The notes under the pieces were generated by a model. That model made no database searches. It saw nothing but the letters and a program-made list of their open reading frames with translations, and was not told the DNA's origin. A stretch of 19,279 nt of DNA from a virus. Taxonomy: Duplodnaviria > Heunggongvirae > Uroviricota > Caudoviricetes. Below are positions 1 through 8,309 of this stretch, piece after piece. The DNA lies in the IMG/VR virus record IMGVR_UViG_2534681764_000019, positions 1 to 19,279 of that record; one strand, written 5' to 3'. The position numbers and the translations under genes are program-made. Each line of letters begins with the position of its first letter. Position 1 is the stretch's first letter.

Positions 1-1284
1 TTACTTCTTCGCCTCTGCAACCACTTTACTACCCACGCCGCGGTTATTGTATTCCCACATGCGGTTGTAGTTAGTGTCATTCAGATTGCGCTGTATTTCG
101 TCGTTATCATCTACGCTGCCGGTATTACCCGCAAACGGACGATTAGAGATCACCGCATCGGCCCACGGTTTAGCCGTGTTAAAACCTTCGTTGATGGCGC
201 TATCACGGATCACCACCTGACCGTTGGTATTGGCATCAACATCCAGCGAGCGGCCCAGTTGCGCCACACCATCACCGAAAGCATTGAAACGGCTGTTTAC
301 GGCGAGGAAACCGTAGTAAATGTTGGACAGCGTAGCCGGTGCAAACACATACGCTTCTTGCTGAGTACGTGAGTTCACCACGCGGAATTCGGTGTTATCG
401 AACACCACTGCGCCGCGACCAGAAACGATATCCACATCCCCTTCAATGTAGCTGTTGGTCACCAGCGTACGCGGCTGACGGTTGGTTTCCAGACGGTTCT
501 GCACACCGCTGTTGGTGACAAAGAAGGTGTTCTGACGACCGAGAATGTTAACGTTGTTAATCTGTACCTGGTCACCATCAGTACGCAGTGCCACCGCCGG
601 ATGGTTACCTGCATCTACGCTATCGCCCAGCGTGTTTTCGATGGTCAGATTTTGCAGTTGCAGGCCATTGTTTTGTGACCAGAAGACCGCAGAGCAGAGA
701 ACACCGATACTGTCGCTGCGTTTGCTCTGGCAGCTATCGTACATATACCACGCTGGTTTACCTGGCATATATTTGCCGCGCGGGTTGACGTCGTGACGCC
801 AGTCGGCAGGGCTCATGCCACCATCAAGGGAAAGCCCAATCTTCACATCAATCGGTTTTTCACCTGTACCGTACAGAGTAATTCCACCCGGAGCGGCAGG
901 GACATATACCGTTCCCTGATACTCACCAGGCATCACGGCAATATACTGGCGCTTGTTGGTACGCTTGATAATTGCCGCATCTACCGCCGCCTGAATCGTG
1001 GTATGCGTTACACCTTGAGTGCCCGCCGGGCCGACAACAAAGTCAGGTTGCGCAGGCAGGGTAATCGGGGAAGGATTCCACGCTGCAGCACCTGGTGTCA
1101 GGGATGCAAAATAGTGTTGAGCATCGAAATTCTGCGCTTCTTTTGCCGACAGAATCGGGCGAGAAGAGGTACCAGGCGCGGTTTGATCAGAAGGACGTTG
1201 ATCGGGCGGGGTTGAGCTACAGGCGGTCAGCGTCACGCCAAAAGCCAATGCCAGCGCCAGACGGGAAACTGAAAATGTGTTCAC
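1..1284 (-). CDS. ybhC: YbhC-like lipoprotein (pectinesterase-family / acyl-CoA thioesterase), host gene flanking attB-lambda
   Basis: 427-aa ORF with lipoprotein signal and lipobox (MNTFSVSRLALALAFGVTLTAC); recognised from memory as E. coli ybhC, which lies on the gal side of the lambda attachment site; stop codon at window positions 1-3. Confidence 0.85.
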   Translation of the reverse strand: MNTFSVSRLALALAFGVTLTACSSTPPDQRPSDQTAPGTSSRPILSAKEAQNFDAQHYFASLTPGAAAWNPSPITLPAQPDFVVGPAGTQGVTHTTIQAAVDAAIIKRTNKRQYIAVMPGEYQGTVYVPAAPGGITLYGTGEKPIDVKIGLSLDGGMSPADWRHDVNPRGKYMPGKPAWYMYDSCQSKRSDSIGVLCSAVFWSQNNGLQLQNLTIENTLGDSVDAGNHPAVALRTDGDQVQINNVNILGRQNTFFVTNSGVQNRLETNRQPRTLVTNSYIEGDVDIVSGRGAVVFDNTEFRVVNSRTQQEAYVFAPATLSNIYYGFLAVNSRFNAFGDGVAQLGRSLDVDANTNGQVVIRDSAINEGFNTAKPWADAVISNRPFAGNTGSVDDNDEIQRNLNDTNYNRMWEYNNRGVGSKVVAEAKK

Positions 1285-1330
1285 AGGTTGCTCCGGGCTA
1301 TGAAATAGAAAAATGAATCCGTTGAAGCCT

Positions 1331-1345
1331 GCTTTTTTATACTAA
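1331..1345. other. attL core (B-O-P'), 15-bp lambda att common core
   Basis: Exact GCTTTTTTATACTAA; left flank GTTGAAGCCT is the bacterial B arm, right flank GTAGGCATTATAAAAAAGCATTGCTTATCAATTTGTTGCAACGAACAGGTCACTATCAGTCAAAATAAAATCATTATTTGATTTC is the phage P' arm as I recall it. Confidence 0.9.
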
Positions 1346-1390
1346 GTAGGCATTATAAAAAAGCATTGCTTATCAATTTGTTGCAACGAA

Positions 1391-1422
1391 CAGGTCACTA
1401 TCAGTCAAAATAAAATCATTAT
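1391..1422. promoter_or_regulatory. Int arm-type binding sites (P'1-P'3) in the P' arm
   Basis: Tandem CAGGTCACTAT / CAGTCAAAAT / AAATCATTAT motifs matching the arm-type consensus, directly upstream of the int 3' end. Confidence 0.55.
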
Positions 1423-2489
1423 TTGATTTCAATTTTGTCCCACTCCCTGCCTCTGTCATCACGATACTGTGATGCCATGGTGTCCGACTTATGCCCGAGA
1501 AGATGTTGAGCAAACTTATCGCTTATCTGCTTCTCATAGAGTCTTGCAGACAAACTGCGCAACTCGTGAAAGGTAGGCGGATCCCCTTCGAAGGAAAGAC
1601 CTGATGCTTTTCGTGCGCGCATAAAATACCTTGATACTGTGCCGGATGAAAGCGGTTCACGACGAGTAGATGCAATTATGGTTTCTCCGCCAAGAATCTC
1701 TTTGCATTTATCAAGTGTTTCCTTCATTGATATCCCGAGAGCATCAACATGCAATGTTGTTGGGATGGCAATTTTTACGCCTGTTTTGCTTTGCTCGACA
1801 TAAAGATATCCATCTACGATATCAGACCACTTCATTTCGCATAAATCACCAACTCGTTGCCCGGTAACAACAGCCAGTTCCATTGCAAGTCTGAGCCAAC
1901 ATGGTGATGATTCTGCTGCTTGATAAATTTTCAGGTATTCGTCAGCCGTAAGTCTTGATCTCCTTACCTCTGATTTTGCTGCGCGAGTGGCAGCGACAGG
2001 GTTTGTTGTTATATGGCCTTCAGCTATTGCCTCTCGGAATGCATCGCTCAGTGTTGATCTGATTAACTTGGCTGACGCCGCCTTGCCCTCGTCTATGTAT
2101 CCATTGAGCATTGCCGCAATTTCTTTTGTGGTGATGTCTTCAAGTGGAGCATCAGGCAGACCCCTCCTTATTGCTTTAATTTTGCTCATGTAATTTATGA
2201 GTGTCTTCTGCTTGATTCCTCTGCTGGCGAGGATTTTTTCGTAGCGATCAAGCCATGAATGTAACGTAACAGAATTATCACTGTTGATTCTCGCTGTCAG
2301 AGGCTTGTGTTTGTGTCCTGAAAATAACTCAATGTTGGCCTGTATAGCTTCAGTGATTGCTATCCTCCTGTCTCGGCCTAATCCAAACTCTTTACCCGTC
2401 CTTGGGTCCCTGTAGCAGTAATATCCATTGTTTCTTATATAAAGGTTAGGGGGTAAATCCCGGCGCTCATGACTTCTCCTTCTTCCCAT
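1419..2489 (-). CDS. int: Tyrosine integrase (lambda Int)
   Basis: 356-aa ORF MGRRRSHERRDLPPNLYIRNNGYYCYRDPRTGKEFGLGRD..., matches lambda Int in length and sequence as recalled; adjacent to attL. Confidence 0.95.
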   Translation of the reverse strand: MGRRRSHERRDLPPNLYIRNNGYYCYRDPRTGKEFGLGRDRRIAITEAIQANIELFSGHKHKPLTARINSDNSVTLHSWLDRYEKILASRGIKQKTLINYMSKIKAIRRGLPDAPLEDITTKEIAAMLNGYIDEGKAASAKLIRSTLSDAFREAIAEGHITTNPVAATRAAKSEVRRSRLTADEYLKIYQAAESSPCWLRLAMELAVVTGQRVGDLCEMKWSDIVDGYLYVEQSKTGVKIAIPTTLHVDALGISMKETLDKCKEILGGETIIASTRREPLSSGTVSRYFMRARKASGLSFEGDPPTFHELRSLSARLYEKQISDKFAQHLLGHKSDTMASQYRDDRGREWDKIEIK

Positions 2490-2685
2490 TTCTGATCCTC
2501 TTCAAAAGGCTACCTGTTACTGGTCGATTTAAGTCAACCTTTACCGCTGATTCGTGGAACAGATACTCTCTTCCATCCTTAACCGGAGGAGGGAATATCC
2601 TGCATTCGCGTACCCATCGACGAACTGTTTCAAGACTTCTTGGACGTCGCTGGCGTGCGTTCCACTCCTGAAGTGTCAAGTACAT
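2467..2685 (-). CDS. xis: Excisionase (lambda Xis)
   Basis: 72-aa ORF MYLTLQEWNARQRRPRSLETVRRWVRECRIFPPPVKDGREYLFHESAVKVDLNRP..., overlaps int start as in lambda. Confidence 0.95.
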   Translation of the reverse strand: MYLTLQEWNARQRRPRSLETVRRWVRECRIFPPPVKDGREYLFHESAVKVDLNRPVTGSLLKRIRNGKKEKS

Positions 2686-2712
2686 CGCAAAGTCTCCGCA
2701 ATTACACGCAAG

Positions 2713-2732
2713 AAAAAACCGCCATCAGGCGG
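2713..2732 (-). terminator. Putative intrinsic terminator (leftward) between small ORF and xis
   Basis: Minus-strand hairpin GCCGCC-tgat-GGCGG followed by TTTTTT. Confidence 0.35.
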
Positions 2733-2892
2733 CTGGGTGTTCTTTCAGTTCTTCAATTCGAATATTGGTTACGTCTGCATGCGCTATCTGCGCCCATATC
2801 ATCCAGTGGTCATAGCAGTCGTTGATGTTCTCTGCTTCGATAACTCTGTTGAATGGTTCTCCATTCCACTCACCTGTGACTCGGAAGTGCAT
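2725..2892 (-). CDS. Small hypothetical protein, positional equivalent of the lambda 55-codon ORF next to xis
   Basis: 55-aa minus-strand ORF (MHFRVTGEWNGEPFNRVIEAENINDCYDHWMIWAQIAHADVTNIRIEELKEHPAA) with GGAG-like RBS; same spacing from xis as the small ORF in lambda by my recollection of the map. Confidence 0.5.
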   Translation of the reverse strand: MHFRVTGEWNGEPFNRVIEAENINDCYDHWMIWAQIAHADVTNIRIEELKEHPAA

Positions 2893-2940
2893 TTATCATC
2901 TCCATAAAACAAAACTGGCCGTAGCGAGTTCAGATAAAAG

Positions 2941-2959
2941 AAAACCCGCACTCGGCGGG
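2941..2959 (-). terminator. Putative intrinsic terminator (leftward), about 280 nt downstream of the 80-aa gene
   Basis: Minus-strand hairpin CCCGCC-gagt-GCGGG followed by TTTTCTTTT. Confidence 0.4.
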
Positions 2960-3240
2960 TTCGCATTCGTTCAAATTGCGTTTACTTCTTGGCGTTCTGT
3001 TCATCCATATCGATATACCATGGGTTGCTTCCCTTGGGCATGTTTAACGACTGCTCGCGATAGTATCTGATGCGCTCCATGAAATACTCGCGTGAGTGCT
3101 CAGGTTGCTCTCATGATACCTGCTCAGTGATAACAGGTATGTTAAGGCGCTCTCTGTACTCCATGCCTGATGCTGCAAGGTCAACGTTTACCTTGTTCTG
3201 TTTTTCTTTCGATTTCTCGGCGATGTTATGCCTGACATTG

Positions 3241-3483
3241 TCAACCCGCCTCCTTCTGAACATAACGGTTATAAATCAGTCCCTGAGGGCCATAAGGAAG
3301 CGGGATGTGCAACTCCTCTGGTTCAGAAACTATCCATTCCCCGGCCATCTCCGCTGGAGAGGTAATGATAAGTTGTTTGCTAATAAAAGGACCACTCCTC
3401 TCAACAACAAGCTTACCATCTTCATTAATAAAAGCTTGGATGTCAGGTGTGCTTACACACTTGGTGATGCAGCGTTTGAACAT
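3241..3483 (-). CDS. Hypothetical 80-aa protein with its own promoter (moron-like)
   Basis: ORF MFKRCITKCVSTPDIQAFINEDGKLVVERSGPF...; G-rich RBS before the ATG; extended -10 promoter upstream; no family recognised. Confidence 0.55.
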   Translation of the reverse strand: MFKRCITKCVSTPDIQAFINEDGKLVVERSGPFISKQLIITSPAEMAGEWIVSEPEELHIPLPYGPQGLIYNRYVQKEAG

Positions 3484-3514
3484 TTTGTGTCCCCCCCATT
3501 TTATGTACGGGGTA

Positions 3515-3523
3515 ATTATAACA
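3515..3523 (-). promoter_or_regulatory. Extended -10 promoter (TGTTATAAT on minus strand) driving the 80-aa gene
   Basis: Minus-strand sequence TGTGTTATAATTACC lies about 35 nt upstream of the ATG at 3483 in an AT-rich gap; no good -35 seen. Confidence 0.45.
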
Positions 3524-3610
3524 CATTGAAATATAGTAATATTTGACGTAGATTTCTTTTGATCTATAAGCGATTTTTTAATGCTTTTAAGTTATAAATA
3601 CTTGTTTTCA

Positions 3611-4663
3611 TCACCCATCTTGCTGCGGTGCTACTATTGAAAAGTACTCACACCCTTTAGCCCAAATAGTTTTGATAGTTGTCCAACTGACTGGAACCTT
3701 GATTTCGATTCTCCCGCTGCCGTCACAAGTTTCGCAATCATCATCACCAAAGCATTCCGGGCAGCTTATAAACGTAGTTTCTGAAAATTCACCGGATAGC
3801 ACACCCTTAGCGCCATTCTCAGCGGTTAGTTTCTTCGGCACTATAACCCAACCATCCGGAGTTACCGGAGAGTTGCCCGATGGCTCGTTCAACTTGTAAT
3901 TCTGGCTTACAGGTTGGCTACCCTGAAGCATGGCGGCGAGGCAGGCGTTCCAGCCATGCATATATCCAGTAATAGACCCCATCTTATGCCACTTATCTGA
4001 ATGAAAAGCGCTCATGGCACCAAGATAGTCGATATATGAAATTTGTTTATACCTTTCATTTGGGGCTTTCTTTTCTGATGCAGCTACATCATTCTCTATC
4101 ATCTGCGCTTGCGTGATGCTGTGTCGCGGTATGTCTGAGTTGTTCATTCTCGCATCCACATTAGCATCAAACTCGTTATATTCCATCTCTGCCAGGTCAC
4201 CCCAACTAGCCAGCCCAGGTTCGTTTTCATCACCGAAAGCATCCTTGTCTCGCAGGAAACGATAGCGCAAAGCATCACGCTCTATGCTTAAGCGCAATAC
4301 CTTTTCGGCTGTCGCAGCATCGCGCCAGGTATTGAATCCATCTGGACCTTTAACTTCTTCGCGCAATTGATAAAGCTCTGCGTAGATTTCATCAGGCACA
4401 GATACCGTCGCTGGCGGGGCGGCGTAGACCTCAATAATTCCATTATCAATAGGCCATTCTCCATCCTTGAGGTAGTCACTTGTGCCGTCAACTTGCTGTT
4501 CTGCAATGTGGAATGCACCTATTGGTTTTGCTTCCAGCGATGCCAGAGCAATTCGTGCCAGTTCTTCCGCTTCTTCTGCTGGCAGTACAACGTTGCTACC
4601 AGGTCCGTATGTTTCGCGCCACTGCTTGATTGTCAGTAGTCGCTCTTTGGTCATAGTGGTCAT
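3611..4663 (-). CDS. Hypothetical 350-aa protein with C-terminal CxxC...CxxCxGxG zinc-ribbon motif; last gene of the leftward operon
   Basis: ORF starting MTTMTKERLL with strong RBS AAGGAGAG; ATG is 1 nt after the upstream gene's stop; C-terminus CPECFGDDDCETCDGSGRIEIKVP; no family recognised. Confidence 0.7.
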   Translation of the reverse strand: MTTMTKERLLTIKQWRETYGPGSNVVLPAEEAEELARIALASLEAKPIGAFHIAEQQVDGTSDYLKDGEWPIDNGIIEVYAAPPATVSVPDEIYAELYQLREEVKGPDGFNTWRDAATAEKVLRLSIERDALRYRFLRDKDAFGDENEPGLASWGDLAEMEYNEFDANVDARMNNSDIPRHSITQAQMIENDVAASEKKAPNERYKQISYIDYLGAMSAFHSDKWHKMGSITGYMHGWNACLAAMLQGSQPVSQNYKLNEPSGNSPVTPDGWVIVPKKLTAENGAKGVLSGEFSETTFISCPECFGDDDCETCDGSGRIEIKVPVSWTTIKTIWAKGCEYFSIVAPQQDG

Positions 4664-4664
4664 A

Positions 4665-5156
4665 TCACTCTCCTTTGATGCGAATGCCTGTTGCAATGCT
4701 GTTTATGATGCTGTCAGTGCATGGGGTAGAAAGCTGGGCATCTCCAGCAATTTTCATGACCTCAACATCTGCATATCGAATACCGAGGTGTATCAGACCG
4801 GCTATGCCTGACTTAAGCCGAGCATTTTCCATAAATAGAACTTTTGCCCGCTGTTTTTCTGCTTCAAGCTCAACGCGCAGCTTCCCTACCGTTAGCGCAA
4901 TTTCCTCGTTCTCCTGATCGCGGGATTTGATGTATTGCTGGTTCCTTTCCCGTTCATCCAGTAGTGCCAAAGCAACCTTTGGATTAAAGGCAGCAATAAA
5001 TTCAGCGTTGTTTTTCAGAACGTGTTGCGCAATGGCCTGACTACTTAGTCGGACCTCATAACCACGTGCGCCACGGTGTGGTTTATATGAGTCCCAGTCT
5101 CCCCACGTTGCTTTCTCTGCCGCCTCACGCAGTGCCTGATAGTTAATTTTGCTCAT
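4665..5156 (-). CDS. Hypothetical protein, tentatively Ead/Ea22-like; coiled-coil middle region
   Basis: 163-aa ORF MSKINYQALREAAEKATWGDWDSY...; the N-terminal ALREAAEKAT motif resembles prophage Ead/Ea22-like proteins as I recall them; translationally coupled on both sides. Confidence 0.55.
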   Translation of the reverse strand: MSKINYQALREAAEKATWGDWDSYKPHRGARGYEVRLSSQAIAQHVLKNNAEFIAAFNPKVALALLDERERNQQYIKSRDQENEEIALTVGKLRVELEAEKQRAKVLFMENARLKSGIAGLIHLGIRYADVEVMKIAGDAQLSTPCTDSIINSIATGIRIKGE

Positions 5157-5157
5157 G

Positions 5158-5457
5158 TCACATCACCCTGAATCCGTTGCATTTACGTAAGAAATCGCAG
5201 ATATAGCCCTTCATTTTTTCGTGCCAATCTCGATCATTCCCATTGCACCAACCATCAGGTGGAGTCCAGTTTTCTATCAGAGCAGCCATTTTCTTTGCTT
5301 TCGCCGGAGTAGCTGTTGCGGTATCGCAGTAATGACGAGTGTCAACCAACGCATCCATACCATCGATATCAAGTATGCAAAACCATGTGTGATTCGGAAT
5401 TCCTACAGGTGGTATTTGTTGCCCACGTCGGCGTTTATCAATGAGATATACACTCAC
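5158..5457 (-). CDS. Hypothetical 99-aa protein (GTG start)
   Basis: [36 protein letters not shown]...; GTG start overlaps the upstream stop (GTGA); 1-nt gap to the next gene. Confidence 0.5.
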   Translation of the reverse strand: MSVYLIDKRRRGQQIPPVGIPNHTWFCILDIDGMDALVDTRHYCDTATATPAKAKKMAALIENWTPPDGWCNGNDRDWHEKMKGYICDFLRKCNGFRVM

Positions 5458-5981
5458 TGGTTGCCTCCTTTGCGAAGCTGGGCGGCGAATCTCTCAGCAT
5501 CAACAGCGCTTCCGCAATAGGCGGCGCGAGTCATGGAATCCAATTCGTTGCGGTTTTTTCTTACGTATTCCTTCTGGCTTTCAGCAAACAACTCCACACC
5601 CTGCGCCCGTACTTCAGCCAGAAAAGCATCGGTGTCTGGGGTTTTTATTTCGTTAAGCGCATCACTGAATCCACCACGCTCCATACCTAGCTCTGCTTCG
5701 TAATCGGCATCGAATGCAGCGTCTTTGCAGAACTTCTTCAGCTTTGCATTCTCCGCCGCCAGCGCTGAAAACTTCTCGTGTGCCAACTTAACAGTCGAAT
5801 CAGCCTGCTTAATTGAATCAATCGCTTTCTGCTGGTCTTCGGACAGAGCCGAAATCTTGGCCTCCGCTTCAGCAAATTTACGCACCAGATATTCAGCGTT
5901 TGTTTCGTTAACCTTTAAATCTCGTGGGATGCATTTACCTTTTAGAAAACCATCCATCTCAATTAGTGACATTTGTTTCAT
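5454..5981 (-). CDS. Hypothetical coiled-coil protein (about 175 aa)
   Basis: [36 protein letters not shown]...; ATG at 5981 overlaps the upstream stop as ATGA; GGGAAG RBS; a GTG 18 nt upstream is an alternative start. Confidence 0.55.
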   Translation of the reverse strand: MKQMSLIEMDGFLKGKCIPRDLKVNETNAEYLVRKFAEAEAKISALSEDQQKAIDSIKQADSTVKLAHEKFSALAAENAKLKKFCKDAAFDADYEAELGMERGGFSDALNEIKTPDTDAFLAEVRAQGVELFAESQKEYVRKNRNELDSMTRAAYCGSAVDAERFAAQLRKGGNQ

Positions 5982-6160
5982 TTCTTCCCACTCCGCCACA
6001 TCGCATTCAGATATTTGTTTTGATTTACTGACGGAAAAGAATTTCTCTTAAGCAATTCCTCTCTCGATGGCATTGGCTTTACGCGTTGGCGAATAATCAT
6101 TTCTGCCGGAAGAATGCCGGGATTGTATGCAAGTCCTCTCATGGTAAATTCCTCAGTCAT
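5978..6160 (-). CDS. Small hypothetical protein (about 60 aa)
   Basis: [43 protein letters not shown]...; start overlaps the upstream gene's stop and stop overlaps the next start (ATGA); start choice is uncertain. Confidence 0.4.
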   Translation of the reverse strand: MTEEFTMRGLAYNPGILPAEMIIRQRVKPMPSREELLKRNSFPSVNQNKYLNAMWRSGKK

Positions 6161-6446
6161 TACTGATAGCGCCATAGCGTGAGCGGTAATTACGCAGGCG
6201 CGGGTCAATTTCAGGGAAGTGGGTGTATGTGGCTTTGCGGAATGGTCGGATTGATGTCTGGTAAATTCGCTCTCGTTCTTCTTTCTCTGCAAGCCATATA
6301 CAATGGCGAAATTCCTTTTCCTCTTTCGTTTCCTGCGGTAGCGACATTATCAGGTCGTAGTTTTTTCTGAATTTATCCAGCACCTCCGATACGGAATTGC
6401 CGGAACAGCGGCGCGGGTCATCCGCACCATACTGAGGCGCTGGCAT
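6153..6446 (-). CDS. Hypothetical 97-aa protein
   Basis: [49 protein letters not shown]...; AGGAG RBS 7 nt upstream; 13 nt after the HNH stop. Confidence 0.55.
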   Translation of the reverse strand: MPAPQYGADDPRRCSGNSVSEVLDKFRKNYDLIMSLPQETKEEKEFRHCIWLAEKEERERIYQTSIRPFRKATYTHFPEIDPRLRNYRSRYGAISND

Positions 6447-6459
6447 GATTTTCTCCTGA

Positions 6460-6939
6460 TTAAATTGCGTGAATAGCGTGACGAGGGAAGGGGAGAGTTA
6501 CTGGCTCCTCGTCTGGGTAGATAGGTTTGTTATGTTTGTGCCACTCGACATGACATGACTTGCAGAGCCACATCACATCGGTTGGTTTGCTGTAGTCGCA
6601 TTGGTGCGCCTGTGGTTTACATTCTGATCCGCAGCACTCACATTGTGGTGGTCGGATTAGCTTACCGTCGCGCAAAAAATTACCCACAATGATGTGGGCT
6701 TTTCTTTTCCATGGGTTGCTCTGAATGAACCGCTTTTTGGCTGCGTTACACCGTTCTCTTCCGCGTTCCGATGATTGATATTCTCTCCTTGCTGATACTC
6801 GATGTGGCAATCCAGCGCGTTCTTTGTCGTATTCAGCCAGGCAAGCCCGGCAAGCGGCAGTTAATCCATCTCTGGATGCTCTTCTGATTTGAAAGTCCCT
6901 TTCTTCCTTCTGTTGATGGCATCTTGAGCAGACTTTCAT
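6460..6939 (-). CDS. Putative HNH (His-Me finger) endonuclease with Cys-rich zinc site
   Basis: 159-aa ORF MKVCSRCHQQKEERDF...; CxxC/CC pairs and a C-terminal AH...WLCKSCHVEWH pattern resembling HNH motifs; AGGAG RBS; directly downstream of ssb. Confidence 0.5.
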   Translation of the reverse strand: MKVCSRCHQQKEERDFQIRRASRDGLTAACRACLAEYDKERAGLPHRVSARREYQSSERGRERCNAAKKRFIQSNPWKRKAHIIVGNFLRDGKLIRPPQCECCGSECKPQAHQCDYSKPTDVMWLCKSCHVEWHKHNKPIYPDEEPVTLPFPRHAIHAI

Positions 6940-6948
6940 ATTCAGCTC

Positions 6949-7422
6949 CTAGAACGGAATATCCGAATCGTCGAAGTTCATAGGTGGTTCGCTGTGATTC
7001 CCCTGCTGCTGAGATTGCTGTCTTTGTTGCTGACCGTTATTTCGCTGATGTGAAGACTGTTCATTGCCTCCTTGTTTGCCACCAAGCATTTGCATGGTTC
7101 CACCAACGCCCACGATGACTTCGGTAGTGAACCGATCCTGTCCGCTTTGATCCTGCCATTTTCTTGTCCGCAATTTGCCTTCAAGATAAACCTCTGAGCC
7201 TTTTCGCAGATATTCGCTGGCAATTTCTGCCAGTTTCCCGCTCATTACCACACGGTGCCACTCCGTCTGCTCCTTTTGCTCTCCAGTTTGCTTATCACGC
7301 CATTGTTCTGACGTAGCAACTGTAAGGTTTGCAAATGCCGTTCCTGATGGTGAATATCTGATTTCTGGATCATGCCCAAGGCGACCAATAATGATCACCT
7401 TATTTACGCCTCTGCTTGCCAT
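6949..7422 (-). CDS. ssb: Single-stranded DNA-binding protein
   Basis: 157-aa [26 protein letters not shown]... with Gly/Gln-rich linker and acidic tail ending DDSDIPF, typical of SSB. Confidence 0.85.
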   Translation of the reverse strand: MASRGVNKVIIIGRLGHDPEIRYSPSGTAFANLTVATSEQWRDKQTGEQKEQTEWHRVVMSGKLAEIASEYLRKGSEVYLEGKLRTRKWQDQSGQDRFTTEVIVGVGGTMQMLGGKQGGNEQSSHQRNNGQQQRQQSQQQGNHSEPPMNFDDSDIPF

Positions 7423-8130
7423 TTATGCCGCCTGTTTTAGCTCGTTAACTCTGATGTTCATTACCTGAACGCATTTAGCCTGCGCCTCCTCGTTTCCAGC
7501 CATTAATTGCCAGTCACGCTGATAACGCTCGATGAGTTTTTTCTTGTCAGTTTCTGTTGACGCATAATCGCTGAAGTCTTTCAGGATTTGTTCGCAGTCA
7601 ACCGATGGAGATTTCTGGTTGGTATTTTCTGGTGATGGTTTGTTATCTGATGCTGGGATTGCCCATCCCGGCAGTGATGGAGGGAGCCAGTAAAATCCTG
7701 TTCCATCCTTCAGTTTTGCCCTGTGCCACCCATGCTTTTTATCGAGAGATGTTTGTGCGAAACCTTCCTCAAGGTTATACAGATACCGACCGATTCCCCA
7801 CTGAACGGCAGCACGCTTCATTGCACCTGAACGACCACCTTTGACGGCTTCTACCTGCGTGTTTTCAGCAGCATCCCATTTGGTTACCCATTCGGAATCA
7901 ATCCTGATTGATATGCCGCATTCAACGCCGCCGTTGTTGGGAATATCGCGGTATTCATTGCGCCATCCTGCTTTGCCGCAAACATCGTCCAGGCGTTTCA
8001 TGATTGCCCTGTTCGTGACATAAGCCAGCACCATAGCCCACACTTTTCCATCGCGTGTTTTACCGCTTTGCTGTATTCGCCATTCGATATCTTCAGGGCT
8101 GAATGGCTCATCGAATTTATTCAAATCCAT
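7423..8130 (-). CDS. Single-strand annealing protein, Sak/Rad52-like (replaces lambda Bet/Exo/Gam)
   Basis: 235-aa ORF; central GGRSGAMKRAAVQWGIGRYLYNL motif resembles Rad52/Sak-family annealases as recalled; stop abuts the ssb start (TAA then ATG); GAGGTG RBS. Confidence 0.55.
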   Translation of the reverse strand: MDLNKFDEPFSPEDIEWRIQQSGKTRDGKVWAMVLAYVTNRAIMKRLDDVCGKAGWRNEYRDIPNNGGVECGISIRIDSEWVTKWDAAENTQVEAVKGGRSGAMKRAAVQWGIGRYLYNLEEGFAQTSLDKKHGWHRAKLKDGTGFYWLPPSLPGWAIPASDNKPSPENTNQKSPSVDCEQILKDFSDYASTETDKKKLIERYQRDWQLMAGNEEAQAKCVQVMNIRVNELKQAA

Positions 8131-8138
8131 AATTCACC

Positions 8139-8309
8139 TCAGAATGGACATGGCCCAAGGAAATAACGCTGGTTTAATACTTCGACTCTGGACAAATTAA
8201 GGCATACCCGCATTCCTTCGCGGTCACCATTATGGCGATACCAGAGAGCTTTCTGCGTGTACATGCGTCTCTGTAACTTGCTCTCCTTCACTGTGGTTGC
8301 AAGTGACAT
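8139..8309 (-). CDS. Small hypothetical ORF (56 aa)
   Basis: MSLATTVKESKLQRRMYTQKALWYRHNGDREGMRVCLNLSRVEVLNQRYFLGPCPF with strong RBS GAAGGAG; overlaps the next small ORF in another frame. Confidence 0.35.
   Translation of the reverse strand: MSLATTVKESKLQRRMYTQKALWYRHNGDREGMRVCLNLSRVEVLNQRYFLGPCPF

Noticed and set aside
545-1316. Four plus-strand ORFs (83, 66, 140 and 73 aa) inside the ybhC coding region
   Set aside because: All are antisense to a well-supported 427-aa host gene, have Arg/Cys-rich odd composition and no RBS; read as frame artefacts.
1670-2193. Plus-strand ORFs of 65 and 68 aa inside int
   Set aside because: Antisense to int, no RBS, hydrophobic low-complexity translation.
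2554-3546. Plus-strand ORFs 2554-2907, 2640-2825, 2822-3070, 3070-3546
   Set aside because: They overlap xis, the 55-codon ORF and the 80-aa gene on the opposite strand and have no start signals; the whole left arm is transcribed leftward.
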